From assembly GCA_964106645.2 (NCBI GenBank), contig OZ067042.1: DNA of 64,000 nucleotides; one strand, written 5' to 3'. Position 1 is the first letter of the stretch, and every line of letters starts with the position of its first letter. This DNA is from Podarcis pityusensis. Lineage: Eukaryota. The translations under genes were made by a program, and so were the position numbers. Below are positions 43,001-57,700 of this stretch, piece after piece. The notes under the pieces are model-generated. The model was given only the letters and a program-made list of their open reading frames with translations. It made no database searches and was not told where the DNA came from.

Positions 43001-46000
43001 GAAAAGTGAGAAATGGGAAAATGAAGGAAGCCTTAAGAGTTCCTTAGAAACGTTGTGCCCAATTCAGAACCCACATATGATACACACACACACAAAAAAA
43101 AAAATAGCTAGATGAAAGGAATCCCTCATTCATTTCTCGTTATTATCTTCAGAGATACTCTACTGATGGCAGGTGTCAAAACATGGTCCATTACTGATGT
43201 GCCCTCATTGGTACCAAGAGGAATGACTTGGCATGCCCTTCCCTGAGGGGAACTTCATTGTTTTATTTTTAAAATTTAAGTTTTGGAGTGAGCTCATCCC
43301 ACAGTGTGTTTAGTATCTCACAGTGATATTTCAATGCCAGCCTGGATTCCACCCAATGGGTAGTTCTTTCCAAGTAAGTGTATGTGGCCAGAACTAATCA
43401 GAGATTAACATCAACAAAAATAGCAGAATGCCCTTTAAATCAACCCACTCAGTTCCAGGGAATGCTGTCTGCCTACCTTGTAGACATCGTAGTTTTTAAT
43501 GATGTTATCAAACAGACTGTACAGGTCATTGAGGAGATTCACAACCTGCAATGGAGAGCTGAGAGAGCATAGCTTGGTGAAGCCAACAATGTCTGAGAAG
43601 AAGATGGAGACTGAATCAAAGCTCTCGGGTTCCACTGATTTCCCAGCAACAAGTTGTTCTCCAATGAAACTGGAACAAGAATACGGGTAAAGGGCAGAGA
43701 TGATGGAATCCATTTATTTTGGTTTCTCATTTTACTGTTTTAAATTCAGTTCACATTTCTGCAGGAATCTGGGAATTATTTATTTTTAAAATCCCCATGA
43801 AAATTATTCAGGATTTTAGTGTTAATTTCTCCTAATACACACCTTTATACATAGTTTTAACTAATATACACGTTTCTGAAGCAATTTTTTGAAACAACCT
43901 CCTCTAATATACTGCATGTTATACATATATCTACTAATATACAAATCTTTTGTATATATTGTTTGGTTTCCCACCGTGTGTGTGTGTGTGTGTGTGTGGT
44001 GGCCCAATTCAATTTAAGTAATCATATTTTAATATTTCCAAACCTATATCCATAACTATGTTCAATAGAAACTTGTTATTTCTTTTTTAAGCTAGATGAA
44101 ATATAAGAAAATGGGGGTTCAAGCAAAGGCCTAATGCACATAACTGCCAACTCATTTTTGGGCAGGACTTATTCCAAAGGTGAAAGTGTTTCAAGGCATC
44201 TTCTACTGGAGAATGGCTTAGAAGCAGTGAAGGGTTTCTGTTACCCAGGTAGCATAGCTGATAAAAGCTTTTCTGTCTTCTTCTTCTCTGCCATCAGCTG
44301 AGTTGTCCTTGACTCAACCACTTCCTCCAGATGATTTGCGTATTTTTCCAGTTTATTCACCATGTTGTCCAAGATACCGAAGTGACTTCTGCAAATGTTC
44401 CAAAATAATAATAATTTTTTTTTAAGGAACTGGTGCGTATCCGTTTCTACCAAATTTCTTTCCATTGTTTGTATGATAGTGCAATATTGTCTCTGGAACT
44501 GTTTTGATGCATGTATAGAGAATCTTTTCACACTCCCGCATGGGCAACCTTTCAGGGGCCACATGCCAGCAGTGAGCATGGTAAGAGGCAAAAAAAATAG
44601 GCAGAGCAACGGACGTGACCCTTACCTTGGTCCAGGAGGCTACATTCCAGCCATGCAAAAAACAGAGGTTTCTATACACACACCTTTCCATGCAAGCAAG
44701 AGGCATGATCACAGTCAAAGGGCACATTCCAGATAGGCAAAAATACTTGACAGAGCTGCAGAGTAGAGCTAGTGAAGAGTCATGGCCTAGGAAGAGACCC
44801 AAGGGTCAGATAGAGGGGCGGGGGGCGGGCTGCATTTGGCCTCAACTAGAAACTCTTCCTATCCCATTCACTGTTTTCTGGTTTAGCAAATGGAGGCAAA
44901 CTGGAGAACAAAGAATCCCCTAGCCAGAGAGGGAACCTTCTTTTCTGAAGCCAAACTGACATGGACAAGAATTGACCAAATATGGCTAACTAGAGGAATG
45001 GCACCAAAGACAAGAAAAGCGGAAATCTGCCCAAAAACCTGCTCCGACCATAATGCTGTTAAGATGGAGATGAAACTAACACCAACCGGCTCCTTCAGAT
45101 GGAGGATGAATGATGCCTTATTTAGAGATGAAGAAGTCATTAAGAAGGCCCAAAAAACCTTGAGAGACTATTTTGAGATAAATATGAACACCAATGTTGA
45201 AAAAAGAGTAATCTGGGACGCAAGCAAAGCTGTTATGAGAGGGTTCTTGATACAACAGAATGCATTAAAGAAGAGAATCCAAAATGAGAAGAAGGATAAA
45301 ATATTGGAGAAAATAAATGAAAGTGAAAAGAAATTGAGAGCAAAACCAAAGTCGCAAGAGATTTTGAGAGAAATAAAGTTATATCAAGTACAATACATGA
45401 AAATGATGAATCAGGAGATAGAATGGAAAATTAAACAAATGAGACAAAAGACATTTGAGTCGGCTAATAAATGTGGGAAACTGTTGGCTTGGCAAATGAA
45501 AAAAAGACAAAAACTAAATACTGTCACAAATTTAGAAGTGGAAGGAAGGAATATACAGAACCCAGTTGAGATTAGAAATTGTTTCCAGAGGTATTTTAAA
45601 CAACTATATACACAAGGGCCACAGAAAGAAATTGATGTAGACCGATTTTTGAAAACAAATGGATTACAAAAAATCTCTCAAGAAAATAAATTAATGCTGA
45701 ACTATAAAATAACTGAACAGGAGGTGGAAGGTGCCATTCAGAATATGCAACTAGGTAAATCTCCAGGACCGGATGGACTGACTTCTAGATACTACAGATC
45801 CTTGAAGGAATGGCTAGTACAACCTTTAAAGGAAGTCTGTAACGAAATAATGGGTGGGAAAAGGGCACCAGAGTCATGGAAAGAAGCGTATATTACACTT
45901 GTACCGAAAATAGAGACTGAAAAGACCCAGCTTAAGAACTACCGCCCCATATCACTGCTCAATGTGGATTACAAAATCTTTGCAGACATTTTGGCTAAAA

Positions 46001-49000
46001 GACTAAAAAGAGTCCTAATGGAAGAGATACATAAAGATCAAGCAGGCTTTCTCCCGGGTAGACATTTGTCTGACAACGTGAGAAACATAATCAATATTTT
46101 AGAAAAACTACAAGTGAATATAAATACCAAGGCAGTTTTGATATTTGTGGACGCGGAGAAAGCCTTTGACAATATTTCTTGGAGTTTCATGAAGAAGAAC
46201 CTACAGGGGATGGGGGTAGGCCAAGGCTCTGAAAACGGTATAAGTGCAATTTATTCAGAACAAAAGGCTAAATTAATTGTAAATAACGTGGTGACAGAGG
46301 AATTTAAGATAGAAAAAGGGACACGACAAGGTTGCCCAATCTCCCCATTGCTATTTATATCGGTCCTGCTGAATATGATTAGAAGGGACCAATTGGTTAA
46401 AGGTATACAAGTCGGAGCTAAACAGTACAAATTGAGAGCATTTGCAGATGACGTAGTATTGACATTGCAGGAGCCAGAATCTAGTACTAAAAGGGTTTTG
46501 GAACTGATTCAAGAATTTGGTCAGGTTGCAGGATTTAAATTGAATAAGTTAAAAACAAAGGTCTTAGAGAAAAACTTAACTGTGATTGAGAAAGAGAGGT
46601 TTCAGAATGAGACAGGTTTAACAGTGGTTAAGAAAGTGAAATACCTGGGGATTAACATGACAGCAAAAAATGGGAATCTATTTAAAGACAATTATGAAAA
46701 ATGCTGGGCTGAAGTGAAAAAAGACTTAGAAATTTGGTCAAATTTGAAGCTTTCACTGCTAGGCCGTATTGCTGCGATAAAAATGAATGTATTGCCTAGA
46801 ATGTTATTTCTCTTTCAAACATTGCAAATTTTTGACAAAATGGATTGCTTCAAGAGGTGGCAGAGAGATATCTCTAGATTTGTCTGGCAGGGCAAGAAGC
46901 CTAGAATAAAATTTAAAATACTAACGGATGCAAAGGAAAGAGGTGGATTTGCCCTGCCAGACCTTAAACTTTATTATGAATCAGCAGCTTTTTGCTGGCT
47001 GAAAGAATGGCTGCTTCTTGAAAACACAGACATTTTGGACTTAGAAGGTTTTAATAATGTATTTGGATGGCATGCATATTTGTGGTATGATAAGGTCAAA
47101 GCACATAAAGCATTTAAAAATCATATTGTCAGGAAAGCATTGTTTAATGTCTGGATAAGATATAAAGACCTACTGGAAAATAAAACCCCAAGGTGGCTGT
47201 CACCGATGGAAGCGAAAGCTCTGAAAAAGCTCAATATGGAGGCCAAATGGCCGAAATATTGGGAAATTTTGGAACAAGAGGGAGATAGACTGAAATTGCA
47301 GAGCTTTGAGAAACTAAAAAACAAAGTGCGAGATTGGCTTCATTATTATCAGATAATGGAGGCATACAATTTGGATAAACTGGCGGAAATGACTGGCAGA
47401 ATCCAAGACCAGGGAGAAGAGTTGGTGGAAGAAGATTGGAAGAAATTTAAAGACTATTTACAGAAATATTAATGAATGTTAGAATGATGTCAGAATGAAA
47501 TTAAGTGGTCTTAGCAGCAATGTTATAAAGGTGTATGTACAAACGGATTGTTAACAGATGAGAATCTAAAGTTATAATATGTTAAGTTAAAGGATTAAGA
47601 CAAAAACAAAGAGGGAAAGGAATTGCTGAATTAACTAATAGAACTGGAATACAAAAAAGGGAGGTGTGAGGAAGTCAGGGAAGTAAGGAAATGAAATGTA
47701 AGTTATGGAAAGAACGATGTGTTTTTGTTTTTTTAAGTGTTTTCTATTTTGTATTTTGTATTTTTTTTATTTTTATATATGTAATTTTTTCTTTGAAACT
47801 TTAATAAATATCATTTTTTTAAAAAAAAGCAAATGGAGGCAAAGAGGTGAGAATACTGAGATTTGGCAACCACGCAATTGAGGTGTGGTTTATTTTTTTA
47901 TCTTCAGGAACAGAACCCAACATGAAGGTTAGCTTTCCGTCCTGAATAATAACCACACATACTTGGTTTCACGGGAAGGAAAATAATCACCCTTCTGGAC
48001 TGGCATCTTTCAGTGCTCTCTTGATGTTGAGGAATGTTGGCCTCCTCTCTGGATATTCATCCCAACATGCCTTCAAAAGTGCAACAATCCTTTCATTACA
48101 TTTCTGTGTTGAAATAGAAGGGCGCAGTGGAACAGGAGAATTAGGGTCCTGGATTCTTTTTATTATGTCTGGAACAAAAAAACCAAACAAACAGTATGAG
48201 TCAGATTTCAGAATATTAATTCTTTTCTTTTCTTTTTCTTTTGCTTTCAGTTCCTTTAATTTTATATGCTTTCAACATTTGAGGAAGAACCATAATTCAG
48301 TGGTAGAGAATCTGCTTTGCATGCAGAATGTCCGAGGTTTAATCTCTGGCCTCTCCAGCAAGGGTTGGGAGAGAACCTTGTCTGATAACCTGGAGAGCAG
48401 CTGCTGCTGGTCAGTAGGAATGGACCATGGTCTGCCTCAGTATAAAGCAGCTTCCTAAATGTCACAATAAAGGTGGTGAACCCCATTCCTCAAATAACTC
48501 TTGGAACCCCTGGTGTGCACAGCCACTCTCCGCAAGAGAAGGGGGGGAAAGCCCAAAAGACATTTCTCCTGTCTCTGGAAGTCACTTCGCAACGTTGCTC
48601 AAAAGCAGAGATGAGGAGAAGGCCCATGGAGTCTTTGTGTGTGGACAACTTCATGTGGAAGAAAACAATGCTCTTCCCAAGCACTGTAGGGCTTTGAATT
48701 TTACCCAGAAATGGGCCAGCAAGCCATGTAGTTGTTAAAGAAATGGCAATATATGTTCTTTTCAGCCAGTTCCTTTCAAACATGAGCTAGACTGAGATAT
48801 GTCATAGTAATCTAAATGCATATTGCTTGCAGCCATAACCAGTTGGAAATAGATCTGCAATATAGTACAGTCATTTATTTGAATAAATATGGAGTATATT
48901 TGGTCTACTAGGCATTAAGTATGGGAATATTGGTTTTGAGACTGTGCAACTTAATCTTGTAGACATTATTTAGGACCCTGAGTTAGCCAATTATGAAACT

Positions 49001-52000
49001 TGCTAAATATAGGATGAATTTCCATATCCTGTATTTGCAGTAAATAGTTATTTAAATTTGGATTCTGAGCAAAGCTCAGTAACTTTTTAGATATGCACCC
49101 TGTTTTGGAACACTTTCACCTTGTTGATCACGAGCGCTATTTTAAACTTTGCAATTTCTATGAAAATATTAGTATTACTACCTGTCATTAATTGTTCATA
49201 TTGTTGATGCTTTTACTGTGAAATGACTGAGATATTTCTTGAGAAACAATTTAAAAATGGAATTAAAAAAAAATAGAAAAAGAGAGAAAAGAAGGCTCTA
49301 GCATATTAGCAACTGTATGGAAATTGCTAATATCTAGAAATTGTATGGAATACAGTTTGCTATTGATAGAAAACATGTGTGACTCGTTAAGGAAAAACTG
49401 AATCAGGCCCAGTCTTTCTACTAACAAGAGTTTGAGAATCATTTATTAGATGAATTGCTTTTCAAAGGGAGTTGCATAATGCATATGTTTTCTTTAGTAG
49501 CAGTTTTAATTTCAGGGTTACTACTATTTGAAGAAACAAACCACATTCACAGGCACAGAATTTCCTAATATGTTTTGATCTCATCTTCCTTTCTTTCCCT
49601 TGCTCTATAATTATAATTGCTCTATAATTATATATTGTTTGTATTGTTTCCTCTGTTAATGGACTCCATAATTTTGAGGAGGACGACATGTTAGATGTAC
49701 AAACACACACGGAGGACTTTGTTGCTTTTCCTACACATCTGGAAGAAAAAATAAAGCTCAAGGTCAGATCTCAAAGAAACAACCTTCTGCATTCTGGCTT
49801 AGGTCATGGAATGGACCGTCTTCATGATTGTATATCAGTTCTCTCATAATAATAGCAAAGCTGTACACATCCCCCTTCTGGGTGCCATGGAATGGATATT
49901 CTGCCATTCTTAGCAATTCAGGTGCTGTCCAGTAAAGCTCTAAAATAAGAAGAGAGAAAATATTGGAATGATAAAACATTTATTTAAAAGGCTCAACAGT
50001 CTGTTAAAATTGCTGCCATGCTGTAGTTTTACCCCAGGTGTAATTGGTGAGTAATTATGAGTTTTGCCCATTCCCAAAGGGGTACAAAGCTATCCATTTC
50101 TGGTCCGTGTCATTTTTGCACAAGTTAACCTATCATTTCATTCTGTTCTGCATTAATTTGTATTTTTAAAATAAATAAATAGCTATTCATTATGAATCTT
50201 TACTCGTTCAAAATGTCAACAAACTGTGTCGCTACAATCTTTACTCCAAGAGGTGCAAAACAGATAATTTCACACAGAAATTCACAAAGGCAGAAATCCT
50301 CAACTATCCCTGTTTCCTTTTTGCATTCTCTACAGATGCTTATTCGTCTCCGTTTAAGCCATAGCATATGCTAAATTACAGGGAAGTCCATGTAGATAGT
50401 TGTGCCCCAAACACATCCAGGTATGTTGCTGGCAGCAATGAATACCACAGCTTTGTTGGTAATAGTATACAGTGGTACCTTGGTTCTCAAAAGCACGGCT
50501 TCCGATTGGCTGGAGGAGCTTCCTGCACTCAAGCAGAAGCCACGTCAGATGTTCGGCTTTCGAAAAACATTCCCTAAGCGGAACACTTACTTCTGGGTTT
50601 GTGGCGTTCGGGAGCTGATTTGTTTGACAACTAAGCCGTTCGAGAACCAAGGTATGACTGTATATTAGAATTTGGGATGGCCAGGCCCTGCCCACCTGCT
50701 AATAGGTAGTTGCCAGCCTTGACCCCACCATTATGCAGACCGCTTCTTGTGGGCACTGCTAACAACTTGAGGACACGGAAAATTGCCCTGCACCCACTCC
50801 CCAAAGCCAGCACCAAGGCATGAAGGTGCCATCTTTTATCATGTGCATGATGCAATGTATGAAAACAAGCACTGGGAGGTTTCTGTATTTGTCAATCCTA
50901 GTTTCTCCCTCTGGGGTTTCCATGGAAGCTTGCTCTGTGAACCAGCAAACAACCACAATTATTATTTCATAACCCATCTGTAATTAATAACGACTGTTTA
51001 TGTTACCAACTGCCTGGGCATAATACTTCCAAGATACTACACCACCCCTCAAAACCTCACTAACTAACATCCTGCCCAATTTGCTTTCCTGCCAGGAAAC
51101 TTTGCCAGTTGGAGACATACTATATTTTTCTGTGTATAACACGCTCCCGTATAGAAGAAGAAGAGTTTGAATTTGATATCCTGCTTTATCACTACCCTAA
51201 GGAGTCTCAAAGTGGCTAACATTCTCCTTTCCCTTCCTCCCCCACAGCTGCATGTGGAGGAGCGGAGACGCGAACCCGGTTCACCAGATTACAAGATTAT
51301 AGCTCTTAACCACTACACCACACTGGCTCTCCGTGTGTATAAGATGACCCCTATTTTTTGGGACACCAAATTAAGGAAATGGGGGGGGAGATTGCCCAGT
51401 GTTGTGCAGCTTTTTTGGGGGGGATTACCGACAATTGCTCACCCACCTGACCACCAATCATCAATCCGCTGGCACTAGCAGCCACCAATCACCCACCAAA
51501 TCGCCGCTGACAATCTCCTGCTCGTGACTGACACCAATCGTCCTTCCCTCCTCTGCACTATCCGTGTATAAGATGACCCCCAATTTTTGACACTTTTTAT
51601 AATAAAAAAACCCTCATCATATACACAGAAAAATATGGTAATTGCAACATGGAAAGACACAACCTTGCTGTGGGAAAGTCATAAACCTCGCAATCACAGC
51701 ATTCAGCATTCTCAGAGATACTCTCTCTGCATCCACCCCCTGATATTTCAGAAAATCTGAACGCTATTCAAATCAGTTGCATTTTCAAATTGTTTTCTTT
51801 CCTATTTTCTAGTCCTTCTAGCATGAGTGGAGACTCTTGTATTACATACATTAAACAGCTGGGTAGAGAACCATGTAATGACAAGATTTTGTTTTTCCAG
51901 TATTCTGCAATGTGAAATGCAGGTATCTGCTGACTGGGTATTCTTATTAAATGTATAACCCGCCATTCAGCCCGAAGATAGGACCTTAGCACAATGAACA

Positions 52001-54747
52001 TGCCTTTAAGCAATGTTAAACATTAGCTTACTGCAACACATTTTACGTGGGGCTGCCTCTGAAGATGGCTTGGAAACCTCAGCTGGTGCTGAATTCAGCA
52101 TCCAGTTTACATACTGGGAAAAGAAGGTTTGAGCATACTCCAATCCTGGCCCAACTGCACTGGCTGCCAGCCAGTTTCTTGGTTCATTACTAAGTGCTGT
52201 TTTTGACCTATAAAGCCTTAAATGGCGCAGGACTGCAAGAACCGCCTCTCCCCATATGATCTGAACCCAACCGTGTGGTCATCATCTGAGGCCCTTCTTC
52301 ACATAGCTCCTCCATGAGAGGTCTGAATGTGGCAACACTAGAACAGGCCTTTTCTGCTGTGGCTCCCCATTTGTGGAATGCTTTCCCTAGGGAGATTCAC
52401 CTGGTGCCTTCATTACATATCTTTTGGCACCAGGCAAAAACATTCCTCTATCACTAGGCTTTGGGCTGATTACCGGTAAATAATCTACGGTCTTTTAAAT
52501 GCGTTTGTGGGAGGGGAGTTATTGGTTTGTTTGTTTTTGTATTTTGTGTTTTCATTTTGTATCTTTATTCTGTGAACCACCCTGTGATCTTTGGATAAAG
52601 GGTGGTATATAAATTTAATAAATAAAAATAAAGATAAACCTCTACTCAAACATTCGCATGCAAAATGCTCTGGTGGGTGGTGCTTTTTTTTCTTGGAATG
52701 GAAAGTACTTAATGTTCTTACCTGCATAATTCCTTTCTTCTGCCATTACCTGAGATTTCCTTCCATATTTAAATTCCCACAACCCAAAGCCACACAGCTT
52801 CACCTGCATGCGACTGTCTACCAGGCAGTTGGTGGGCTTTAAGTTTCCATGAGAATTCAGGGGGCTGTTGTGAATGAACACCATACCCTAAAATTCAAAT
52901 GCACGGTGTAGACAAAGACATGAAATACATGTACCAAACAAAGCAAGTCAGCTTGGGATTCTGTAGTTTCCACAAACAAGAACTTTTTAGCTTTGGGTGG
53001 TATTTCATTCATTACATAGATTTATTTTAGCAGGTTACATAGGTAACACTCTTAAATTTTTACTTCAATGTTCTGGATTGAGGCTTTTGTCTCTAGATCA
53101 GGGTTTCCTAGTTGTTGCCACCTGTGCCTTTTCTGGAGGTCATAAACTCATACTTCTACTTTGGGAGAGGTCACGGTTAAAAAATATACACACACATATG
53201 TCCAAATAAAAATAAGAAAAACAGAACACTTCATCTACTGAAAGCCTAGCACAAAATGCAAGTCCAGAGGGAGTATACAAGGCATAGGAGCCAACTCCAG
53301 GGAGCTGTGGCTTCTTGGGAACCCACAATAATATAATTGTGGGAGGCCGGGCACCCACAAAGTCAATGAGAAAAGCTGGCAGGCAGCAGTGCTGCCTCTG
53401 AGAGAGAAGCATTTCAGCTCCACCCTCCGCAGTCAGTGAGCGAGGCACCCTTTATCAGTAGGGGGGAGCTCAGACATGGAAAAGGGTGCCTCACTGGCTT
53501 TGGAGAGGAGGAGCGTGTGCGTGTTCACACGTCTGCATTGCAGTGGCAGGCACCCACAATACTGAGGGCGAGTTGGCAGCCTTGGTACAAGGGAAGTGAA
53601 ATCCACAACTGATGCTAACCATGGAAAAGCCTCTTCACTTGCCACTGATGTATCAACATGGTACAGAAATGGAATAATCAAAAGTGTGTGGCTATTAGAT
53701 CATGTAACATGCAAAGACTAAAAACAACACTTTTCAAAGTGCCGCTTCTGATATTGAAACACTGGTGTGATACTCTCCAAACAATCCACTTCATCAGCTT
53801 CGGCACCATCTGAAGATCCCAGTGCTCTTAGAAGTGGGTTGCAAAACTTCATGCCGTTTACACACTCTCTCTCTCTGATAAACACCAATGCTTTAGCTAC
53901 AAAAACAACAGATGCTTGTGATGGATATGTATCTTTCTGGCTTCTTTTCAGCAGTCAGTCACTACAATAACAGCATTTTTCTTATGACTGTCCTAGTAGC
54001 TGACAGCAATTCCATTACTCCATACTTACGTTGACTATGTCATAGGCAAAGGAGATTTTGAATATCCAGTCCAGTTCGATATCAGAATGCATCAAAACAT
54101 CCTAGAAAATGCACATGTAGAAATATTTCTTTTGAGATACAATTGCACTTGCTGCCTGACTCCACTCAGAGTAGGCATGTAAATATATATCAGCTGCCTG
54201 GAGCAATGCTTAGCTCATACCCGACTCCCTCCTTTGGCAATCTGCACAGAATTTTTGCTTAATGGTTGCCATCAGTTTGATTTTAATTAATTTTTGTAAT
54301 GAAATGTTTTTAGAATGTCGCATTATTTTATTGTTGTTAGCCGCCCTGAGGCCGGCTTCGGCTGGGAAGGGCAGGATATAAATATTTATATATATATATA
54401 TATAATTATTATTATTATTATTATTATTATTATGGAAAGAAGACAAAAGTCTTTGAAATGACTGAAAAGGCAAAACTTTAAGTATTGTGGAAACATTACT
54501 GAGGTACACATGACTTTCATGGGGCAAACCACACATTCAACTGGGGTGGTATTCAACTACTGCATCACATTAGAGCAAGTATTGCCACTTCTGCAAGAGG
54601 ACTCCCCCCTCCTCCCCCCATGTGCCTTCCAGATGTGCTGGACCACATCTCATTATTCCTGAACATTAACCATGTTGGCTACCACTGATCAGGAGCGTAT
54701 CTGGAGGGCACCTCCACTGGCTGTCTTGTGAGATGATAGAGATAGAT

Positions 54748-54793
<46 letters not shown>

Positions 54794-57700
54794 GTTATAA
54801 TACTGAAGAGAGCCAAATAGCATATATGACTTGGCAACACACTGCTTTAGTAATCCTTTCTAAGGCAATTAAGTATGATCTACTTTAATGTAATAATTGT
54901 TCTAAACTTTGAGGTACAATACTCACCTTTAGGCTACCTTTCTTACAGTAATGCATCACAATGCACATGTTTGGAGCTTCAGGACATATCCCATAAAAGG
55001 CCACCAGATTCTCATGTCTCAGTTCTCTCATCTAAAGCAAAGGAATGTTGGGAAGTGTGGTATCCAGATTTGACACCATACAGCAAAGCAAATACAATCT
55101 TTTTCAGCCAGCTCTGCTCCTTCTTACTGGCATTGCAGAAGAAATAAGCTATGGGACCACTCTGAGATATCTGGTCAAAGCAAGACAATGCCCTGTGTTG
55201 GAGACCTTGCTAATTAAACCTGTTTTCCAAAGCATATCGACCTATAGCTTCATTTAGAAATTACAGTCAGTTCATGGTTTTTTCTGCATTACTTAATAAA
55301 CTTCCTTACTTCAGTTGTGAATTTTAGATCACCTGCCTGTTTCAGTTAACTTACTGTTCAAATGGAAATTTGTTAAACTATTTAAGAATGAAACATACCA
55401 CCCGAACCTCCTGGAGAACTGATGGTTTCCGGATCCAGGCATCTGTTTGATTATCAATGAATTTGAGAGCAACAACAATTCCCTGAAACATAAATTGTAA
55501 GAGGCACAATACATTAACATGGAAACTGTTGGGGGGAAATGAACAACGTAGTCTGGTAGGCATCTTCAGGGATACATTGAGGATCTTTCTGTGTGACCGC
55601 ATCAACTATGCCACTCTAGGAATTTACAGAGGACTTAGTTAGCTACTCTGGGTAGATATTGGTAGAAATAATGGGCAGACAAATAAGAGGAATATATTAC
55701 ATAATAGTAATGATACATAGGCCTGGTTCATATGTAATGTTAAGCCCAACTATGGCTTGCATGGTGTGGGCTGCCAGAGATGAAACTGTGGCCACTTTGC
55801 TCCTCTTCCACTTCTGGTGCTGGTGTGTCACTGTGAATTAAACATGGTTTGTCTTAGTCTGCTGCTCATGACAAACCATGAGTGGTAAACTGTAGAACAA
55901 TCATTACAGCTGATGGTTTTTGTCTGAGGCAAGAGAAATCCTGAGCTCAGATTCATAAACGTCTTAATACGTTCCATCTTTTGCAAGCTCAAGAATTATA
56001 AAACCCTAATAAGTCTGCTAGATGGTAAGATGGATGGGCTGAATCCAGTGAAGTTATTCCACAGGTGGCATAACCTCTGCCCATGCAGCAGAACTTTGCA
56101 TCTCTCTCCTCCTTCAGTGTGCATCCCTCCCCCCCCCCCCCCGGGATAACTTTTCTCCGTTCTAGCACAGGTGTAAAGCACAATTTCAATTTTTTTATAT
56201 AAAAAAGATAAGTTTTAAAATAAAACAAAATGGTGAGTGGCGCAAGTGGGTGTTTTATGAATTATAACTTATAGCAACACAAATAATATCCAGTAAGCTC
56301 CTATGGTGTTTATATGTTCATTTTCCAGACAACAGTAGCAAATGCAATAATTGAGAAAATTCAGTTTCCCCACAATTAAATACTGGCCTCAGTGGGTGAC
56401 TCTGTGCCATTTACAGGAAACAAATGTACATTTGCTGATCAATAAAAGTTAAAATATTAATGTGGAACTGATCAACATTACAACCTACATCTTGATGAGA
56501 AATGTACTGTACAGTGGTGCCCCGCAAGACGAATGCCTCGCAAGACGGAAAACCCGCTAGACGAAAAGGTTTTCCGTTTTTGAGTTGCTTCGCAGGACGA
56601 ATTTCCCTATGGGCTTGCTTCGCAAGACGAAAATGTCTTGCGAGTCTTGAGATTTTTTTTTTGCTCCCCCCCCCTTTTATCTAAGCCGCTAAGCCTTTTA
56701 TAGCCTTTTAGCAGCTAATCCGCTAAGCCGATAAGCCTTTAATAGCCGCTAAACCGCTAATAGCGCTAATCCGTTAAGCCGCTAATAGGGTTGCTTCGCA
56801 AGACGAAAAAACCGCTAGACGAAGACACTCGTGGAACGGATTAATTTCGTCTTGCGAGGCACCACTGTATTTAAATTGAAAAAAGTGTCAACAGTACAAG
56901 TACAGCTTGGTGATTGTGGCAAATGCCTAAGCTGATTTGTAACAGTGATAAGTCAAGTGTAATATAATGATTACGGTAATACTTTTAGAAATATTACTTG
57001 CAGATAATTATAGTGCCTACTGTTGCTGTACTACACTATGTGATGTTACTGGTAGGAACCAATGGGTCTGGTTTAGCACCTGAACATTCACACCTTTGGA
57101 AAACCATCACAATCTATTACTTTACACCATGCCTACATTATTCTAAGAACTTTATCAAGACAGATACTGTCCATTGTACAATGCTAGAGCATATTATGAA
57201 AGACCTGGTGAAAATTAACACTGTCACACTTTACAATCCTACCTGTGAATCCTGTGACTTATTCTGGCTTTTATTCTGTTGGGCAGTTTGTGCCCTGTTC
57301 TCCTGTACATAATAGAAATAACACGAAGTGTTATGTACAGTGGTACCTCGGGTTAAGTACTTAATTCATTCCGGAGGTCCGTACTTAACCTGAAACTGTG
57401 CTTAACCTGAAGCACCACTTTAGCTAATGGGGCCTCCTGCTGCCGCTGCACGATTTCTGTTCTCATCCTGAAGCAAAGTTCTTAACCCGAGGTACTATTT
57501 CTGGGTTAGCGGAGTGTGTAACCTGAAGCGTATGTAACCCGAGGTACCACTGTACTAAGCTTGGATCCTAGAACAATAGGCAAGTAGTATCCTAGAATTG
57601 ATTGGCTTGAAGGAAAAGACCAATCAGGCTCCAGGAGGAAGTTAATCATCCTATTAGGCTGGTAGGATCGTAGAATGCAACAACTGATTGGCCTGCAGGA

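Noticed and set aside
52722-52887. Missing HRD/DFG motifs as evidence of pseudogenisation
   Set aside because: The kinase-homology domain of receptor GCs is normally a pseudokinase; the HGNLK and GFG variants are expected for GC-G.
56680-56790. Short spaced repeats resembling a CRISPR or iteron array
   Set aside because: Irregular 8-9-bp units without unique spacers, inside a TA-flanked MITE in a vertebrate genome.
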